64,000 bases of DNA from Myxococcota bacterium. GTDB lineage: Bacteria > Myxococcota_A > UBA9042 > PHBI01 > JAWLBL01. The notes beneath the pieces were generated by a model that did no database searches, was not told the origin of the DNA, and worked only from the letters and a program-made list of their open reading frames with translations. The DNA is taken from assembly GCA_041687695.1 (NCBI GenBank), contig JAWLBL010000002.1, positions 294,761 to 358,760 of the forward strand, in the 5' to 3' direction. The translations under genes were made by a program, and so were the position numbers. Of this stretch, positions 22,392 to 32,621 are shown in pieces (position 1 is the stretch's first letter; every line of letters begins with the position of its first letter).

Positions 22392-24527
22392 CTAAGCGTT
22401 TTCCCTTTGCGGCGCGGGAGGCCGGGCGCGCGGGGCGGCGGGCGCGGCGAGGGCGCGCAGGCGGGCGACGAGGGCGCGGCGCCGGACGGGCTTGGAGAGG
22501 TAGCCCGCGAAGGGGGCGCCGAGGAGCTCGGCAGCGCGCGGGGCGTCGGGGAGCGGGACCAGGCCGAGCCACGGGCGCCCGGCGAGCGCGGGGTGGGTGG
22601 CCAGGGCGGCGCGGGTCTCGGAGGAGGCGGCGCCGGGGCCGGCGGCGTCGACGACGATCACGTCGGGGCGGATCGGCGGGTGACCGATGCCGGCCCAGGG
22701 GGCGGCGACGGCGCCGAGGTCGGTGAGCAGGCGCACGAGGGCGCGGCGCAGGTCGGGCTGCTCGGTCACGACCAGGGCCGACAGGCCGATGAGCGAGGGC
22801 GCGGGCATGGGGGTGAGGACGGCCAGCTCCCGCGGGAGCGGGACCTCGAGCCAGAACACGCTGCCGCCGTCCTCGCCGGCGTCGACGCCGACCGCGCCGC
22901 CCATGCGCAGGGCCAGCTCGTAGCAGATGGACAGGCCGAGGCCGGCGCCGCCGTGGCGGCGGCTCATCGAGCCGTCGAGCTGCTGGAAGGGCTTGAAGAT
23001 GAGCTCGCGCGCCTCCTCGGGGACGCCGGGGCCCGTGTCGCGGACCTCGACGCGCACGCGCTCGGGGCCGGCTTCGGTCAAGTTCACGACCACCTGGCCC
23101 TCGGTCGTGAACTTGACCGCGTTGTCGACCAGGATGAGCAGCATCTGGCGCAGGCGGCCCGCGTCGCCGACCAACGGCCCGTCGAGGGCCGCGGGCACGT
23201 CGCCGACCAGGGCAAGGCCCTTGGCGGCGGCGCGCGGGGCCAGCAGATCCAGGACCTCCTCGACGATGGGGCGCAGCTCGAGGCGGGCGAGGTGCAGGTC
23301 GACGCGGCCGGACTCGATGCGCGCGAAGTCCAGCAGATCGCCGATGAGCACCAGCAGCGCGTCGCCCGACTCGCGGATGGTCTCGACGTACTCGCGCTGC
23401 TCGGGCGTCAGCTCGGTCTCGACCAGCAGCGACGTCATGCCGATGACGCCGTTCATGGGGGTGCGGATCTCGTGGCTCATGTTGGCGAGGAACTGAGACT
23501 TCAGGCGCGACGCGGCGAGGGCCTCGTCGCGGGCGGCGGCCAGCTGCTCCTCGATGCGGCGGTGCTCGGTGATGTCCCTCAGGAAGAGCTTGAAGGAGAC
23601 CGCATCGTCCACGCGGATCGGCGCGAGCAGGGCCTCGACCTGCAGCACGGTGCCGTCCTTGCGCAGGGACTGGGTCTCGACCCGCTGGCCCATGCCGCGG
23701 CTGCGTCCGGCCGCGAGGAAGCGCGCGAGCTGGCGCTCGAGCCGCGGCCGCAAGGCGTCGGGGCAGATGAGGTCGAGGACGTGCTGGCCGAGGGCCTCGG
23801 GCGGCGTGAAGCCCAGGATGGCCGTGGCCTGGGGGTTCCAGCTGGTGACGAGCCCCTGCGCGTCGAAGCCGACGATGCCGTCCAGGGCGGCGTCGATGAC
23901 CTGGCGGTGGAGGGTCTCGGCGGCCACGGAGGCCCGAGCGCGTGCGTCGGCGCGGGCGCGATCGCGGTGGCGGAGCCAGCGGTAGCCCAGGGCCAGGGCG
24001 GTGATCTGCGCGAGCAGGGTGAGGGTGAGCACGATGGCGGTGGTGCCGACCGGCTCACCGCGCATGAGCCCGTAGGTGGCGGCCCCGAGCGCGGCCGCGG
24101 CGCACCAGAGGAGGTCGCGCACCCGCAGCAGCACCGCCGACCCGATGATGGCCAGGGCGCCGTGAGCCGCGAGGGCGACGCGCTCGGCGGGGTCGGGGTT
24201 GACCGAAGCGGCGGCCGCGACGAGCGCCAGGATGCCCGTGGCGAGCAGGGGCGGCGCGAGCAGGTGCAGGCGCGTTCGGCTGAGGGCCCAGCAGGCGACC
24301 AGGAAGGCCGTGACCATCGCGGCCAGGGTGTGATGGCTGCCCCAGCCGGGCCGCTCGATGGCGAGCAGCGTCCAGGTGACGACCAGCGCGGGGGCCGAGA
24401 TGGCGAGCATGACGGCGCTGACCAGGCGGGCGCGGGTGGCCTGTGCGGGGTCGGTGAGGGTGGCCGAAGGGCGGGTCAACCGCTCGCCCAGCCGAGTGAG
24501 CCCGCGCGTCCAGGAGGTGTTGGCCAT
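22392..24527 (-). CDS. Membrane PAS-domain hybrid sensor histidine kinase (degenerate C-terminal receiver)
   Basis: About 6 TM; PAS (WNPQA..ILGF..EALG; RKDG); H-box [35 protein letters not shown]-like tail ending YLSKPV. Confidence 0.92.
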   Translation of the reverse strand: MANTSWTRGLTRLGERLTRPSATLTDPAQATRARLVSAVMLAISAPALVVTWTLLAIERPGWGSHHTLAAMVTAFLVACWALSRTRLHLLAPPLLATGILALVAAAASVNPDPAERVALAAHGALAIIGSAVLLRVRDLLWCAAAALGAATYGLMRGEPVGTTAIVLTLTLLAQITALALGYRWLRHRDRARADARARASVAAETLHRQVIDAALDGIVGFDAQGLVTSWNPQATAILGFTPPEALGQHVLDLICPDALRPRLERQLARFLAAGRSRGMGQRVETQSLRKDGTVLQVEALLAPIRVDDAVSFKLFLRDITEHRRIEEQLAAARDEALAASRLKSQFLANMSHEIRTPMNGVIGMTSLLVETELTPEQREYVETIRESGDALLVLIGDLLDFARIESGRVDLHLARLELRPIVEEVLDLLAPRAAAKGLALVGDVPAALDGPLVGDAGRLRQMLLILVDNAVKFTTEGQVVVNLTEAGPERVRVEVRDTGPGVPEEARELIFKPFQQLDGSMSRRHGGAGLGLSICYELALRMGGAVGVDAGEDGGSVFWLEVPLPRELAVLTPMPAPSLIGLSALVVTEQPDLRRALVRLLTDLGAVAAPWAGIGHPPIRPDVIVVDAAGPGAASSETRAALATHPALAGRPWLGLVPLPDAPRAAELLGAPFAGYLSKPVRRRALVARLRALAAPAAPRARPPAPQRENA

Positions 24528-24637
24528 CGTACCCTTGCGTCGAGGGGGTGGCGCCCCGGGTCCCCCCAGGGCCGCGGCATCCTAGCCGAAAGGGTGGCCA
24601 TCGGGCGACCCGGCGAGCGCGTGAGGCCGTTCGGATC

Positions 24638-24823
24638 TCAGGTCGGGGGCGGGGGCGCGGTCGGCGCGCCGTCCGACTGTGCGGCGCCCTGGTTCGGCTG
24701 GGGCCGCGGCGCGGGGGCGGGAGGGCCGAGCGGCTGGGTCACCTGGTCGATGCGGCGGCGCGTGCGGGGCCGGGGCGTCGGCTCGAGGACCATGAGGCGA
24801 GGCGATGGCGCGGTCTGGTTCAT
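24638..24823 (-). CDS. Small Pro-rich protein (61 aa), putatively sigma54-driven
   Basis: SD GGAGAGGAG just upstream of the ATG; correctly spaced sigma54 motif about 45 bp upstream. Confidence 0.5.
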   Translation of the reverse strand: MNQTAPSPRLMVLEPTPRPRTRRRIDQVTQPLGPPAPAPRPQPNQGAAQSDGAPTAPPPPT

Positions 24824-24868
24824 GGCGGTCTCCTCTCCGGCGAAGGGCCGGGAACGGAGCGGCCAATT

Positions 24869-24885
24869 TGCAAACCGCTTGCCAA
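24869..24885 (-). promoter_or_regulatory. Sigma54 (-24/-12) promoter
   Basis: The minus strand reads TTGGCAAGCGGTTTGCA: GG-N10-GC with TGGCA and TTGCA half-sites. Confidence 0.75.
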
Positions 24886-24964
24886 AGCGCGAGGGGCCGC
24901 CGCGGCGCGGCCGTACGGGGCCGGGGCTGCCGCGGGCGGGGCCTGTGGACCCCAGCGGGTGGGG

Positions 24965-26230
24965 TCAGAGGTGCGCGCCCAGCTGCCGGAGCGTCGCGTG
25001 GAAGCTGGGGAAGCTGGTCGCGATGGTCTCGGCGCCGTCGATGACGGTGCCCGGCGGCGCGACGAGCGACAGGAGCGTCGCGCACATGGCGATGCGGTGA
25101 TCGCCGTGGGCATCGATGCGGCCCGGGCGCAGCGGGCGGTCGGGATCGCCGTGGACGGTCAGGCCGTCGGGGCGCTCGTCGACCGGGACGCCGAACGAGC
25201 GCAGCATCTCGGCGGTCTTGGCGACCCGGTCCGACTCCTTGACCCGCAGCTCCTCGGCGTCGCGGATGTGGGTCGGCCCCGGGGCGCGCGAGGCGAGGGT
25301 CGCGACCAGCGGCAGCTCGTCGATGGCGCGCACCGCGAGGTCGCCGCCGATGTCGACCGGGCCGAGGTCGGTGGACCTCACCGTGAGATCGGCGATGGGC
25401 TCGCCGTTGACCTCGCGCGCGTGGGTGCGGGTGACCGGCGCCCCCATGGCCTCGAGGACGTCGAGCAGGCCGGTGCGCGTCGGGTTGACGCCGATGCCGG
25501 TCAGGGTCACCTCGCTGCCCGGGACCAGCAGCGCGGCGCCCAGGGCGAAGGCCGCGCTGGAGAGATCGCCGGGCACCACCAGGGGCTTGGCGTGCGGGGG
25601 ACGACCCAGGTAGGCCAGCATGCGCTCGGTGTGGTCGCGGCTGGGGCCGGGCTCGGTGACGCGCACCGGGCCGTCGGCCCACAGGCCCGCCAGCAGGATG
25701 GCGCTCTTGACCTGGGCGCTGGCCATCGGGGCGGCGTAGTCGATGGCCTTGAGCGGCCGGCGCCCGCGGACCCGCAGCGGGGCGAAGTCGCCGTCGCGGG
25801 CCTCGAGCACCTGCAGCCCCATCGCGGCCAGCGGCCCGAGGACCCGCCGCATCGGGCGGCGCGACAGGCTGGCGTCGCCGACCAGGGTCGCCTCGAAGGG
25901 CTGCCCGGCCAGCACTCCCAGCATCAGGCGCATCGTGGTGCCCGAGTTGCCGCAGTCGAGCGGCCCGTCCGGCGGCCGCAGCCCGTCGAGCCCCACGCCG
26001 TGGACCAGCGCACGGGTGCCGTCCTGCTCGATCTCGACCCCCATCGCCCGCAGGATCCGGGCCGTCGAGCGGTTGTCCTCGCCCGCTCCGAGCCCGGTGA
26101 TCTCGACCGGGCCGTCACACAGCGCGCCGATCATCAGCGCGCGGTGGCCGATGCTCTTGTCGCCCGGGACCGTGGCGGTCCCACGCAGCGGGCCCTGCGC
26201 CGGGGCGCCTCCGGTCCGGTCGGCGGCCAT
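24965..26230 (-). CDS. aroA: 3-phosphoshikimate 1-carboxyvinyltransferase (class II EPSP synthase)
   Basis: PGDKSI.HR, DCGNSGTT.RL, RRPM.R, SAQVKSA, SRDHTE, NPTR, IDELP, RVKESDR, DHRIAM; TGATG overlap with hisC. Confidence 0.95.
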   Translation of the reverse strand: MAADRTGGAPAQGPLRGTATVPGDKSIGHRALMIGALCDGPVEITGLGAGEDNRSTARILRAMGVEIEQDGTRALVHGVGLDGLRPPDGPLDCGNSGTTMRLMLGVLAGQPFEATLVGDASLSRRPMRRVLGPLAAMGLQVLEARDGDFAPLRVRGRRPLKAIDYAAPMASAQVKSAILLAGLWADGPVRVTEPGPSRDHTERMLAYLGRPPHAKPLVVPGDLSSAAFALGAALLVPGSEVTLTGIGVNPTRTGLLDVLEAMGAPVTRTHAREVNGEPIADLTVRSTDLGPVDIGGDLAVRAIDELPLVATLASRAPGPTHIRDAEELRVKESDRVAKTAEMLRSFGVPVDERPDGLTVHGDPDRPLRPGRIDAHGDHRIAMCATLLSLVAPPGTVIDGAETIATSFPSFHATLRQLGAHL

Positions 26231-27345
26231 CAGGCGACCGCGCAGGCGTCGAGCGCCTCGAGGAAGCGCTGGTTCTGCTCGGGCGTGCCGACCGTGACGC
26301 GCAGCGTCGTCGGCAGGCCGTAGCTGGCCATCGGCCGCACGATGACGCCCTGGCGCATGAGCGCCTGGTACAGCGGGCCGGTGTCGCGCCCGAAGTCGGC
26401 CAGCAGGAAGTTGGCCTGGCTGGGGACGACCGTCACCCCGCGCCGCTCCAGCTCGCGCGTCACCAGGGCCATGCCCTCGCGGTTGAGGCGGACCACCTCG
26501 GCCAGGTACTCGCGGTCCTCGAGGGCGGCGACGCCGGCGACGAGCGCCAGGTTGCTGACGTTGAAGGGCTGGCGGACGCGGTTGACGTAGTCGACGATGT
26601 CGGCGGACGCGAAGCCGTAGCCCAGGCGGACGCCGGCGAGGCCGTAGGCCTTGGAGAAGGTGCGGAGGACCACCGTGCGCGGGCGCGTGCGCACCCAGGT
26701 CACCCCCTCGGGGTAGTCGGGGGCGTCGACGTACTCGTAGTAGGCCTCGTCGAGCACGAGGATCGGCGGGTCGTCGCCGCAGCGCGCGTCCATGCCGGCG
26801 ACGAAGCGCTCGAGGGCGTCCGCCGTCACATAGGTGCCGGTGGGGTTGTTGGGGTTGGCGATGAAGACGAGGCGCGTGTTGGAGTCGATGCGCTCGAGCA
26901 TCGCGTCGAGATCGTAGCCGCGGTCGGGACCGAGGGGCGCCTCGCGCAGCTCGCGGCCGCAGGCCTGCATGATGAGCTTGTAGACGATGAAGGTCGACGC
27001 GCTGGTGACCGCGTTGAGGCCCGGCGGGCTCATGAAGGTGCGGATGAGCAGCTCGATGAGCTCGTTGGAGCCGTTGCCGAGCAAAATCTCGGAGCGGCTG
27101 AAGCCGAAGCGCTCGCCCAGGGCCCCCTTCAGGTAGTAGCCGCCGCCGTCGGGGTACAGGTTGAGCCCGTCCATGGCCCGCTTCATCGCCTCGACCGCGC
27201 GCGGCGAGGGCCCGAGCGGGTTCTCGTTCGACGCGAGCTTGATGCAATCGGCGACGCCCAGCTCCCGCTGCACCTCTTCGATGGGCTTGCCGGGCGGGTA
27301 GGGCGCGAGGCTCGCGATGTGGTCGGCGACGAGCGGACGGGTCAT
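26230..27345 (-). CDS. hisC: Histidinol-phosphate aminotransferase
   Basis: KLASNENPLG, GNGSNE, NPNNPTG, DEAY, RTFSKAYGLAG.RLGY (PLP Lys). Confidence 0.95.
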   Translation of the reverse strand: MTRPLVADHIASLAPYPPGKPIEEVQRELGVADCIKLASNENPLGPSPRAVEAMKRAMDGLNLYPDGGGYYLKGALGERFGFSRSEILLGNGSNELIELLIRTFMSPPGLNAVTSASTFIVYKLIMQACGRELREAPLGPDRGYDLDAMLERIDSNTRLVFIANPNNPTGTYVTADALERFVAGMDARCGDDPPILVLDEAYYEYVDAPDYPEGVTWVRTRPRTVVLRTFSKAYGLAGVRLGYGFASADIVDYVNRVRQPFNVSNLALVAGVAALEDREYLAEVVRLNREGMALVTRELERRGVTVVPSQANFLLADFGRDTGPLYQALMRQGVIVRPMASYGLPTTLRVTVGTPEQNQRFLEALDACAVA

Positions 27346-27451
27346 GACGGGGTCTCCGAGGCGGACGCAACTGCGCGGCGGGCGTCGCGACGGGCGCCGC
27401 GGGCCGTTACCTACAAGGCATCGCCGCGGCGCGCAAGGTCCCGCCGGCGGC

Positions 27452-28618
27452 TCAGGAGCAGGTGCCGCAGCCGAAGCTCACGACCTCGTCGCCGCACAGG
27501 CCGTCCCAGGCCGTGCAGCAGTAGTCGTCGCCCGCGCACACGCAGGCGCGAATCGCGCTGTCGCTGCACGTCACCTCGCCGCAGCAGTCGCCGCCGGGCG
27601 GACCGCCGCATGGGCCGCAGTCGAAGCTGCACGTCTCGCAGTCCTCGTCCCAGGCGCAGGTCCCGTCGCCGCAGCCCCCGCCGCAGGGGCCGCAGTCGGT
27701 CGGACAGGTCTCGCAGTCCTCGGTCCAGTCGCAGGTCCCGTCGCCGCAGCCGGGGCACGTGCCGCAGTCGGCCGGGCAGCTGCCGCAGGTCTCGCCGCCG
27801 GTGCACTGGAAGTCGCCGCAGGTGGGGCCGCACGGGCCGCAGTCGTTCGCGCAGGACGAGCAGGTCTCGCCGCCGTTGCACTGCCCGTCGCCGCAGGTGG
27901 GGCCGCAGGCGCCGCAGTCGCTCGGGCACGACGCGCACGTCTCGCCGCCGACGCACTCTCCGTCGCCGCACACCGGGCTGCACGCCCCGCAGTCGTTCGG
28001 GCACGACGCGCACGTCTCGCCGCCGACGCACTCTCCGTCGCCGCACACCGGGCTGCACGCCCCGCAGTCGTTCGGGCAGCTCTGGCACGTCTCGCCGAAG
28101 GCGCACTCTCCGTCGCCGCACCCGGGCGGGCACGCGCCGCAGTCGGCCGGGCAGCTCGCGCAGCTCTCGGCGCCGGCGCACTCGCCGTCGCCGCACGCGT
28201 CGGCCCCGCAGCCCGCGATGGGCGTCCCGGCGCACAGCCCCGCGACGCACTGGTCGTCCTGCGTGCACGGCTGCCCGTCGTCGCAGGCGGCGCCCGTGTC
28301 CGACGGGGTGACGACGCACTCGCCCGCGACCGGGTCGCACGCCACCGAGCGACAGGCGCCGACGAACGCGACGCAGTCGTCGTCCTGCTCGCACGCGACG
28401 GGTGTGATCGCCTGATCGCCCGCCTGAGTCGCGTCCGTGCCCTGCTTGACGTCGCCGGTCTCGACGTCCTGCAGCCAGTACCCGCCGCCGCCCCCGCTGC
28501 CGGGGGAGCCGCAGGCCGCCATCGCCAGGGCGAGGGCGCCAGCGAAGGCGAGGGTGCCAGCAAGGGTGCGCGCCTGGACGCGCGAGCGCGCAAAGACCGC
28601 GCGACGCCGGACCTTCAT
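27452..28618 (-). CDS. Cys-rich repeat lipoprotein (myxobacterial CGDGxC..ETC..CPxDC repeats)
   Basis: AGGAGA SD; lipobox MAAC; about 8 tandem 24-25 aa units. Confidence 0.85.
   Translation of the reverse strand: MKVRRRAVFARSRVQARTLAGTLAFAGALALAMAACGSPGSGGGGGYWLQDVETGDVKQGTDATQAGDQAITPVACEQDDDCVAFVGACRSVACDPVAGECVVTPSDTGAACDDGQPCTQDDQCVAGLCAGTPIAGCGADACGDGECAGAESCASCPADCGACPPGCGDGECAFGETCQSCPNDCGACSPVCGDGECVGGETCASCPNDCGACSPVCGDGECVGGETCASCPSDCGACGPTCGDGQCNGGETCSSCANDCGPCGPTCGDFQCTGGETCGSCPADCGTCPGCGDGTCDWTEDCETCPTDCGPCGGGCGDGTCAWDEDCETCSFDCGPCGGPPGGDCCGEVTCSDSAIRACVCAGDDYCCTAWDGLCGDEVVSFGCGTCS
27922..28078. repeat. Exact 75-bp in-frame tandem duplication
   Basis: The sequence from 27922 is repeated identically at 27997 (25-codon unit CGDGECVGGETCASCPNDCGACSPV). 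Confidence 0.85.
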
Positions 28619-28862
28619 GGGCTTGTCTCCTTGGGCGAAACACCCTGCGTGTGGGCCGGCCGGGGCGGTTGCCCTCGGGCCGAAGGCGCGAGATGCTGCA
28701 GGCGCGATCCGCCCGAGTCAACCCTCGATGCGGATTTCGCTTGATTCGAACGGGCGCGCCGCGTAAAGGGCGCCCCTTCGATTCCATCCACCCGATGCCA
28801 TAGCCGCGCGCCGCGCGCCGTCGTCGACGGCCACCGAGGGCGCACGGGCGAGGTCGTTCTCC

Positions 28863-31800
28863 ATGTCCCTGGTCTTCAAGGCAGATAGGTTCCCATTCGC
28901 CGGCGGCGCCACCGCGCTCGCCCTGACCCTCGCCCTGACCGCCGGCGCCTGCGGCGACGACGCGCAGACCGTCGACGGCGAGGTCTTCCCCGACGCGCAG
29001 TTCGTCGACACCGTCGCCGACACCGCCGGGCCCGACGCGCCGGGCCCCGACGCCGACGACGACGCCAAGACGGCCGACGTCGCCGAGCCGCCCGACGCGA
29101 CGCCCGACACCGGCGGCCCCGACGCCGTGGGGCCGCTCTGCAAGACCAACACCGACTGCCAGGACGCCTTCGACGCGATCCCCACCTGCCAGATCGCCAG
29201 CTGCAACGTCGGCACCGGCACGTGCCAGTTGGTCGCCGCCGAGGCGGGGACCTCCTGCGACGACGGCGACCCCTGCACGACCGGCGACGTCTGCGCCGCG
29301 GGCAGCTGCGCGGGCGAGGCCAAGGTGTGCGACGACGACAACCCCTGCACGGACGACGCCTGCGAGGCGGGCGCCGGCAAGTGCGTGTTCACGCCCAACA
29401 CCCAGCCGTGCAACGACGGCAGCCCGTGCACGACGGGCGACGTCTGCGCCGACGGCGTCTGCACCGGCGCGCCGAACCCCGCCTGCCAGTGCGAGGAGAA
29501 CGCCGACTGCGCCCAGTTCGAGGACGCCGACCTGTGCAACGGCACGCTGATCTGCGTGGCCAACGAGTGCGTCGTCGACCCGGCGACCGTCGTGACGTGC
29601 GACGCGGAGCTGGCCGGCGAGTGCCAGGTCGTCGCCTGCGACCCCGAGACCGGCACCTGTGAGGCGGGGCCGGCGGCCGAGGGGTCGGCCTGCAGCGACA
29701 ACAGCGCCTGCACCAAGCAGGACAAGTGCGTGGCGGGCGTCTGCAAGGGCCAGACGGTCGTGTGCGACGACGACAACGCCTGCACCGACGACACCTGCGC
29801 GCCGGCGACCGGGTGCGTGTTCACGCCGAACACGGCGCCGTGCGACGACGGGGACCCGTGCACCAAGGACGACACCTGCGCGGGCGGCGCCTGCATGGGC
29901 GAGGTGAACGAAGCCTGCGAGTGCCTGGTCGACGCGGACTGCGCGGCCAACGAGGACGGCGACCTGTGCAACGGCACGCTGGTCTGCCAGGACGGGCAGT
30001 GCGTGGTCGACGCCGCGACCGTGGTGACCTGCACGGGCTCCGCGGGCGCGTGCAACGAGCTGCGCTGCGAGAAGACGACCGGGCAGTGCGTGACCAAGCC
30101 GGTGCTCGACGGGGCCAGCTGCGACGACGGCAGCGCCTGCACGAAGAACGACCACTGCGAGAGCGGGGCGTGCGTCGGGGCGGCGGTGGCGTGCTCGGAC
30201 GAGGACCCCTGCACCGATGACGACTGCGACCCGGCCAGCGGGTGCGTGTACGCCCCGGCGACGGGCGCGCCGTGCGACGACGGCAACGCCTGCACCAGCG
30301 GCGACCAGTGCGTCGCGGGCGTCTGCCAGGGCGAGCTCGAGGTGGGCTGCGGCTGCGAGACGACCGAGGACTGCGCGCCGCTCGAGGACGGCGACGCGTG
30401 CAACGGGACGCTGGCGTGCGTGGACGGCGAGTGCGTCGTGGCGCCGGGGTCGGTCGTGACCTGCTCGCAGACGGGGCTGGGCCCGTGCTTGGTCAACACC
30501 TGCGACCCGGACACGGGCGCGTGCAACAAGATCCCGCGTCCGAACGGCGAGAGCTGCGACGACGGCAGCGTCTGCACCACCGACGACGTGTGCGCGGCCG
30601 GCGTGTGCAAGGGCAAGGACAAGAGCTGCGACGACGGCAACCTGTGCACGACCGACAGCTGCGACGCCGCGGTCGGGTGCAAGCACGCGTTCAACTCCGT
30701 GGCCTGTGACGACGGCAACGACTGCACGTCGGGCGACGTGTGCAAGCAGGGCACCTGCGGCGGCACGCCCATCCCCGAGTGCGTCTGCGCGACGACCGCG
30801 GACTGCGCGCAGTTCGAGGACGGCAACGCGTGCAACGGCACGCTGGTCTGCAGCGCCGGCAAGTGCGTGGTCGACCCGGCGACGGTCGTGACCTGCGCGC
30901 CGGCGGCGGACGCCTGCAGCGCCAACACCTGCGACCCGGCGACGGGGCAGTGCGGGCTGGTCCCGGCGACCGACGGCAAGCCCTGCGACGACGGGGACGC
31001 CTGCACGACCGGCGACGCGTGCAGCGCGGGCGCCTGCACGTCGACGGGGACGCTGGCCTGCGACGACGGCAACCCCTGCACGACCGACAGCTGCAAGGCC
31101 GACTTCGGCTGCGTGACCGCGCCGAACGACGCGGCCTGCGACGACGGCGACCCGTGCACGGGCGGCGACACCTGCGCCGAGGGCGTCTGCCAGCCGGGCA
31201 ACGAGAGCCTGTGCGCCAGCGGCTGCCAGGCCCAGTGGACGCTGACCTGCGGCAGCAGCGACAGCTGGAACACCGGCTACTTCGACGCCACCGACGAGCT
31301 GACCAGCTACGGCTGCAACTCCTTCGAGTACCCGGGCGGCGAGTACACCTACCTGTTCAACGCGCCCTACGACGGCACCTTCAAGGTCACCCTCAGCAAC
31401 GAGGAGACCTTCACCGACGTCATGATCCTCGCCGGCGGCGACGAGGGCTGCCAGCCCGACGCGTGCGTCAACTACGGCTTCTCGTCGGCCACCGAGGCGA
31501 TGGAGCAGGGCGAGGTGTTCTACCTGGTGGTCGACGGCTACCTGGACGAAGACGGCGGCTACACCATCAAGGTCGACTGCACGCCGGCCACCGAGTCGGT
31601 CTGCGACGACGGCAAGGACGACGACGCCGACGGGCTGACCGACTGCGCCGACTCCGACTGCGCCGAGGCCGCGGCCTGCCAGGAGCCGCAGTGCGAGCCC
31701 GCCTGGGTGCTGTCCTGCGGCAGCACCGACAGCTGGAGCAACTACGGCTTCGGCTCGACCGACGTGCTGGAGACCTACTCGTGCAGCGGGTGGCCGTACC

Positions 31801-32534
31801 CGGGCCCCGAGTACACCTACAGCTTCGTCTCCAGCGTCACCGGCGACGTGACGATCTCCCTGACGGGCGAGTCGGCGTCGACCGACGTGATGGTCCTGCA
31901 GGGCGGCTCCGGCTGCTTCGCGTCGGCCTGTCTGGCCTACGGGTTCTCGTCGGTGACCTTCTCGGCCGTCGAGGGCGAGACGTACTTCGTCGTGGTCGAC
32001 GGCTACAACGGCGCCGAGGGCACCTACACCATCAGCGTGGCGTGCCCGGCCGCGGCCGAGGCGGTCTGCGACGACGGCCTCGACGACGACGAGGACGGCC
32101 TCGTGGACTGCGAGGACCCGGACTGCTTCGGGGCGTCGGCCGCTTGCCAGCCGGCCTGCGTGCCGGACACCGATCTCGCCGCGGCGATGACCTGCCCCAG
32201 CGACGTCGACTCCTGGTCGAACGACGGCGCCGGCTCGACCAACGTGGTCGACGGCTACGGCTGCAACAGCTTCGCCTACACCGGCCCCGAGTACGTCTAC
32301 ACCTACGTCGCGACGACCGACACCTCGGTCACCGTGACCCTCAGCGACGAGTCGGCCGAGACGGACGTCCTGGTCCTCGAGGACAAGGGCCTGGGCTGCA
32401 ACCCGGCCAGCTGCCTGACCGACGGCCTGAGCTCGGCGACCTTCCAGGCGACGGCCGGCAAGACCTACTACATCGTCGTCGACGGGTACGAGGGCGCCAG
32501 CGGCGACTACGTCCTGGACTTCACCTGCGAGTAG
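28863..32534 (+). CDS. Giant Cys-rich surface lipoprotein with CDDGNPCTxDxC repeats and three C-terminal beta-sandwich (PPC-like) modules
   Basis: Lipobox AGAC; many CDDG(N/D)xCT repeats; three copies of GPEYxY...YxVVDGY..G.Y. Confidence 0.88.
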   Translation: MSLVFKADRFPFAGGATALALTLALTAGACGDDAQTVDGEVFPDAQFVDTVADTAGPDAPGPDADDDAKTADVAEPPDATPDTGGPDAVGPLCKTNTDCQDAFDAIPTCQIASCNVGTGTCQLVAAEAGTSCDDGDPCTTGDVCAAGSCAGEAKVCDDDNPCTDDACEAGAGKCVFTPNTQPCNDGSPCTTGDVCADGVCTGAPNPACQCEENADCAQFEDADLCNGTLICVANECVVDPATVVTCDAELAGECQVVACDPETGTCEAGPAAEGSACSDNSACTKQDKCVAGVCKGQTVVCDDDNACTDDTCAPATGCVFTPNTAPCDDGDPCTKDDTCAGGACMGEVNEACECLVDADCAANEDGDLCNGTLVCQDGQCVVDAATVVTCTGSAGACNELRCEKTTGQCVTKPVLDGASCDDGSACTKNDHCESGACVGAAVACSDEDPCTDDDCDPASGCVYAPATGAPCDDGNACTSGDQCVAGVCQGELEVGCGCETTEDCAPLEDGDACNGTLACVDGECVVAPGSVVTCSQTGLGPCLVNTCDPDTGACNKIPRPNGESCDDGSVCTTDDVCAAGVCKGKDKSCDDGNLCTTDSCDAAVGCKHAFNSVACDDGNDCTSGDVCKQGTCGGTPIPECVCATTADCAQFEDGNACNGTLVCSAGKCVVDPATVVTCAPAADACSANTCDPATGQCGLVPATDGKPCDDGDACTTGDACSAGACTSTGTLACDDGNPCTTDSCKADFGCVTAPNDAACDDGDPCTGGDTCAEGVCQPGNESLCASGCQAQWTLTCGSSDSWNTGYFDATDELTSYGCNSFEYPGGEYTYLFNAPYDGTFKVTLSNEETFTDVMILAGGDEGCQPDACVNYGFSSATEAMEQGEVFYLVVDGYLDEDGGYTIKVDCTPATESVCDDGKDDDADGLTDCADSDCAEAAACQEPQCEPAWVLSCGSTDSWSNYGFGSTDVLETYSCSGWPYPGPEYTYSFVSSVTGDVTISLTGESASTDVMVLQGGSGCFASACLAYGFSSVTFSAVEGETYFVVVDGYNGAEGTYTISVACPAAAEAVCDDGLDDDEDGLVDCEDPDCFGASAACQPACVPDTDLAAAMTCPSDVDSWSNDGAGSTNVVDGYGCNSFAYTGPEYVYTYVATTDTSVTVTLSDESAETDVLVLEDKGLGCNPASCLTDGLSSATFQATAGKTYYIVVDGYEGASGDYVLDFTCE

Positions 32535-32621
32535 GCCGATGACCCGCGGCGCGGGGCGCTCGATTGTCCGAGCGCTCCGCGCCTGCCATCATCCCCGGAG
32601 GCAAGCTCCAGGAGGTGGCGC

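Noticed and set aside
24965..27370. 801-aa AroA with a long N-terminal extension
   Set aside because: The extension is an off-frame Arg-rich shadow of hisC; AroA starts at 26230.
27411..31273. Very long minus-strand ORFs (1091 aa, 851 aa) and similar overlapping ORFs throughout the window
   Set aside because: Antisense or off-frame shadows expected at this GC content; no motifs and wrong codon-position bias.
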